Source: Candidatus Poribacteria bacterium
GTDB lineage: Bacteria > Poribacteria > WGA-4E > WGA-3G
Length of the DNA stretch: 64,000 bases
Reading direction: 5' to 3'
Assembly: GCA_965197475.1 (NCBI GenBank)
Contig: CBDANF010000003.1
Span: 1,120,001-1,184,000 of the forward strand
The position numbers were made by a program, and so were the translations under genes. Shown one piece after another: positions 60,313 to 64,000 of this stretch; position 1 is the first letter of the stretch, and the number at the start of each line of letters is the position of its first letter. The notes under the pieces were generated by a model. It did not search any database. It saw only the letters and a list, made by a program, of their open reading frames with translations, and was not told the DNA's origin.

Positions 60313-63300
60313 CTATTTTAGAACTAACATCTTACGCACAGCACTAAAATCATCTGCTGCGAATTTATAGAAATAGATACCACTTGCAGCAGCCTCACCG
60401 TGTTCATTTGTCCCATCCCAATATGCCGCGCGGATCCGACTCTGATATGAACCGGGCAACTTATGCCCTAACGCCAAAGTTCGCACCACATCACCCGTTA
60501 TAGCATAGATTGTCACCGTCACATCGCTGGACTTTGCCAACTGATAAGGTATCCACGTCTCCGGGTTGCACGGGTTCGGGAAATTAGGTAAGGCTCTCGT
60601 CTTCGGGTGAATCGTGGTCGTTGTGCTAATTTCTGCGGTTTGGGTGCTGTCACAGTTTGATGTGGCAGTGACTTTAACCACATATTCACCGGGAATATTG
60701 AGTTCGCTTCCTGGAATCTTCAATGTTTCATCTGAAGATGCTCCTGGGGCAAGCAACACCGACGCTCGGCTTAAGGTGCCAGTTGCATTTCCGGACGTTG
60801 TTAATTTTATCGTCCCGTCTGTATCACCACTGTTGGTGACGGTGAAGTAATAGGTGACACCTGTGCTTGCATCCTGCGTTTGGCTCGTCAGATCGCCTAG
60901 CCCTGCTAACCCGATACTACAAGTGCGCACGGGCGGTTCAACTTCAACACTCTGTGCCAATTCAACGATTTCACTCGGTCTCAGCACTCTATCGTAGAGG
61001 CGTACTTCATCAATGAGTCCCGCCCATGACCTGTTTTCGTCCTTTGCCCCTTTTCCAATTAACAATGTTTTTGCGCCAGTCACGCTACCGCGGGTTGCGG
61101 GACTATTAATAAATGTGGGTTGGTCAAGCACACCGTTAATGTAGAGCGTTAACCCGCGCCCGCTCTGCCATGTCAACGCAAGATGTTGCCAATCGGTGGT
61201 TTGTACATCGCTGGCACTCTCATAACGCTGCTTACCCTTTGTTGTGTCAATACTTGCTTTGATAACATTCCTTCCTTTTCCATTTGATCCTTCCTTATCG
61301 TAGCGTAATGAAAATATCTCATCTGATCCATTAGGAGTTTTCGGAAAAACAAAACCTCTGTCAGTATCAGCATAATCCGATTTGATCCAGAGGCTAAGTG
61401 TAAAAGCTGTCTGTCCATTGATGAGGTTCGCGCCATTAGTGACGGTTGCCCCGCCGCTGCTACCGTCAAATTGGATCGCACTTCCAATTTGTCCTTCATT
61501 AGGAACTATAGTTGCACCATTTTGAAGAGTTACGTCATTGTTCCCGATCACATCGACGGAAATGTTTTCATTCACTGTGTCAAAGGACCAGTGGTTTCTC
61601 AATCCATCATGTAGGTCTGTGTCTCTTGCATTCTCCGATAAAACGTAGATAATTATCGTCAGCTGCGTTGTTTCTTCGGTATCACCTTGTGAGGTAGCAG
61701 TAACTTTAATAACATGATCACCGACAGCCAGCGAAGTCCCCGATATATCTAGCGTTATATCCGTAGATGCACCGGGGGCAAGCGTTACCGATGTTTTGCT
61801 TAAGATCGCAGTAATATCATCTGATGTCGTCAATTGGATTGTATCATTTGTATTGCCAGTGTTTGTGAGGGTAAGCGGAAAACTAATTTCTTGACTTGCT
61901 CGCTGTATCTCGGCGGTTAAACTGTTCACCCCTTGCAGCGTGATTCCATGTATTTCACGAATAGTTATTCTGGCAGTGAGCTGCGCGGTTTTGGTGGTAT
62001 CGCCCTGTGAAGTAGCAGTGACTTCAACCATGCGTTCACCTGCAGTTGCAAGCGTTGTGCCCGGCACCGTTAACCTCACAACAGAAGATGCGCCGGGGGC
62101 AAGCGATACCGATGTCGCGCTTAAGGCCGCATTCACATTACCCGATGTTGTTAATTGGATTGTATCCCTTGTGGTGCCGGTGTTCGTAGCGGTAAAGGCA
62201 TATTGGATGCCGCTTCCTGTATCAATCACCTCAGGTGTCAAATTAACTATACCTGTTAAAGTGACACCGTGAGCAGATGCCTCTCTATTGTTAACGCGTG
62301 GCAGTCTTGCGATTTCTCTGGCACTCAGTGCTCTATTGTAAAGGCGGACATCATCAATCAAGCCATCCCACCCACGACTCTCATCTTTACCGCCTCTTCC
62401 GATGACTAATTTGCTAACATTGGATAGGGTGCCCGAGATAGCGGGTCGAACAAATGAGGGTGTATCAAGCCTGCCATTGATATAGAGTTTCATCGTTTCG
62501 CCGCTGTGCCATGTCAATGCAAGGTGTTGCCACACTTCGGTGGTTTGCACATTGCCTGAACTCTCAAGCGATTGTGATCCACTTGTTGTCGTAATACCGG
62601 CTTTGATGACGTTACGTTGACCGCCGTTATAACCATCCTTATCATACCGGAAACCGAAAAAATGATCTTCGCCATTAGGGTTTCTGCCATTTATAAAGCC
62701 TCTGTCGGTGCGAATGCCATTAGATTTCACCCAAAGACATAGCGAGAAAGCACTCAGCCCGTTGATCAACTCTGCACTGTCCACAACAGTGGCATTCTGC
62801 TTACTGCCATCATTCTTAAACGCACCCCCAATTTTACCTTCGTTAAATGCTAAGGTAGCACCACTGGAAATATTCGCATAATTACTTGTCCCACTCACAT
62901 CAAATGCAAACTTACCTCCTGCCTCATCAAAGGTCCAATGACCGATTAACCCATCATCTACCCCTGATGCTCCCGGAGAAATGTCCAATACCATATATGG
63001 CCTCACATTTTTGAACGAAATCCACTTTGATGCCCGGTTGCCATCAACATCAAATATATTTAACCTGGCACCATTCCCCGTAGAAATATATTCAACGAAA
63101 TCTCTTTCACCCTGCAAAGGGTAACATCCATACATTGACAACCCGTCTCCCTTTGGCGAGCTAGTTTGCAGCTGTGCATGATGGAGCCTTACATCACTAC
63201 CAGTCACCTCAAAATATGCGTGATACCGCCTCGGTGGATACGCAATAACCGGAAGGTCTTTAATCTTTGGATCTTTTCCGGAGGTTCGTTCCGTATTGAA

Positions 63301-63900
63301 AAATGGGCTAACATCCAACCGGTGTGCTGCACATGCGGAAAGCCTGTCTTGCGGTCCTGGACCGTAGGACATGATATATCTTCCACTACGCCAATCGTGA
63401 GGCAATCCGAAGTTGTGTCCGATTTCATGGGCAACAGTTAAAAATGTAGCACAAAAACCGTGGGCAGGAATAAGCGAATATTTCCCGACAGCAAAACCAC
63501 AATTCTCATTCACTGTTCGCCCACCATGTTCAATAAAAATAAGTATGATGGACCTGTGTGTTTGCACCTGACTCTTAACTTCGCTAATGCTTCTTCCTGC
63601 GTCCTTCCGATAATCCGTCGAATTCCTTCTTCCCACGACATGATTCACCAGAACATTCCCATTTGCATCAGTCTCATACCGAAATGATTTCCTACCGTAC
63701 CCGTGGTTTTCCATCTGGTCCGCGTAAAACTTATGCACACGTTTTATTAAACTATTTAACTTTGAGTCTATGTTTTGCCGAGGATCAAGGTTTTTTGCAC
63801 GAAAATAGACAGTCCTCACTATATATTCTTCTTGTGCAAAACTTGGTTGTAAAAATCCCAACAACAGTGTTATCATCACAAAAAACAGTATATATTTCAT
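60313..63900 (-). CDS. Large secreted zinc metalloprotease with two LamG domains, Ig-like repeats and FlgD-Ig/T9SS-like CTD
   Basis: Signal peptide; HEIGHNFGLPH + IMSY Met-turn; WQHLALTW/IDDVRLY LamG; NFPNPCNPETWIPYQL CTD. Confidence 0.9.
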   Translation of the reverse strand: MKYILFFVMITLLLGFLQPSFAQEEYIVRTVYFRAKNLDPRQNIDSKLNSLIKRVHKFYADQMENHGYGRKSFRYETDANGNVLVNHVVGRRNSTDYRKDAGRSISEVKSQVQTHRSIILIFIEHGGRTVNENCGFAVGKYSLIPAHGFCATFLTVAHEIGHNFGLPHDWRSGRYIMSYGPGPQDRLSACAAHRLDVSPFFNTERTSGKDPKIKDLPVIAYPPRRYHAYFEVTGSDVRLHHAQLQTSSPKGDGLSMYGCYPLQGERDFVEYISTGNGARLNIFDVDGNRASKWISFKNVRPYMVLDISPGASGVDDGLIGHWTFDEAGGKFAFDVSGTSNYANISSGATLAFNEGKIGGAFKNDGSKQNATVVDSAELINGLSAFSLCLWVKSNGIRTDRGFINGRNPNGEDHFFGFRYDKDGYNGGQRNVIKAGITTTSGSQSLESSGNVQTTEVWQHLALTWHSGETMKLYINGRLDTPSFVRPAISGTLSNVSKLVIGRGGKDESRGWDGLIDDVRLYNRALSAREIARLPRVNNREASAHGVTLTGIVNLTPEVIDTGSGIQYAFTATNTGTTRDTIQLTTSGNVNAALSATSVSLAPGASSVVRLTVPGTTLATAGERMVEVTATSQGDTTKTAQLTARITIREIHGITLQGVNSLTAEIQRASQEISFPLTLTNTGNTNDTIQLTTSDDITAILSKTSVTLAPGASTDITLDISGTSLAVGDHVIKVTATSQGDTEETTQLTIIIYVLSENARDTDLHDGLRNHWSFDTVNENISVDVIGNNDVTLQNGATIVPNEGQIGSAIQFDGSSGGATVTNGANLINGQTAFTLSLWIKSDYADTDRGFVFPKTPNGSDEIFSLRYDKEGSNGKGRNVIKASIDTTKGKQRYESASDVQTTDWQHLALTWQSGRGLTLYINGVLDQPTFINSPATRGSVTGAKTLLIGKGAKDENRSWAGLIDEVRLYDRVLRPSEIVELAQSVEVEPPVRTCSIGLAGLGDLTSQTQDASTGVTYYFTVTNSGDTDGTIKLTTSGNATGTLSRASVLLAPGASSDETLKIPGSELNIPGEYVVKVTATSNCDSTQTAEISTTTTIHPKTRALPNFPNPCNPETWIPYQLAKSSDVTVTIYAITGDVVRTLALGHKLPGSYQSRIRAAYWDGTNEHGEAAASGIYFYKFAADDFSAVRKMLVLK

Positions 63901-63916
63901 AGTTTTTTAACCCCTA

Positions 63917-64000
63917 CTACTTTAGAACTAACATCTTACGCACAGCAGAAAAATCATCTGCTGTGAATTTATAGAAATAGACACCACTTGCTGCAGCCTC
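63917..64000 (-). CDS. 3' end of upstream paralog with near-identical CTD (partial)
   Basis: EAAASGVYFYKFTADDFSAVRKMLVLK*; nearly identical DNA to 60313-60396. Confidence 0.85.
   Translation of the reverse strand, partial: EAAASGVYFYKFTADDFSAVRKMLVLK

Overview
Bacterial chromosomal window, most likely Candidatus Poribacteria. This is inferred from the C-terminal 'AVDPxxKxTTTWAxIK' and 'NFPNPxNPETWIPYQL...RKMLVLK' sorting-type motifs and the internalin-like LRR lipoproteins. It holds housekeeping and metabolic genes (yvcK, glmM-like mutase, aroA, tsaB, tenA, phoR-like kinase, tRNA-Ala), an MntR-regulated Mn/Fe ABC operon that also carries a VIT1 transporter, two restriction-modification loci, IS1, IS3, IS5-like and IS701 elements, and at least five families of miniature inverted-repeat elements (MITEs). 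The best novel signal is missed by the ORF track. The outer-membrane beta-barrel ORF 12664..13629(-) extends to an ATG at 13773 through a signal peptide and two in-frame TGA codons (S-U-G-A-U-S) followed by a SECIS-like hairpin, which makes it a candidate UxxU di-selenoprotein porin. Other signals are a recently active 90-bp MITE (two identical copies with 8-bp TSDs, one splitting an LRR gene), REP sequence translated in-frame inside a protein, three candidate leaderless genes and a structured noncoding region behind a perfect sigma70 promoter. Family assignments come from motif recognition only; no database searches were run.
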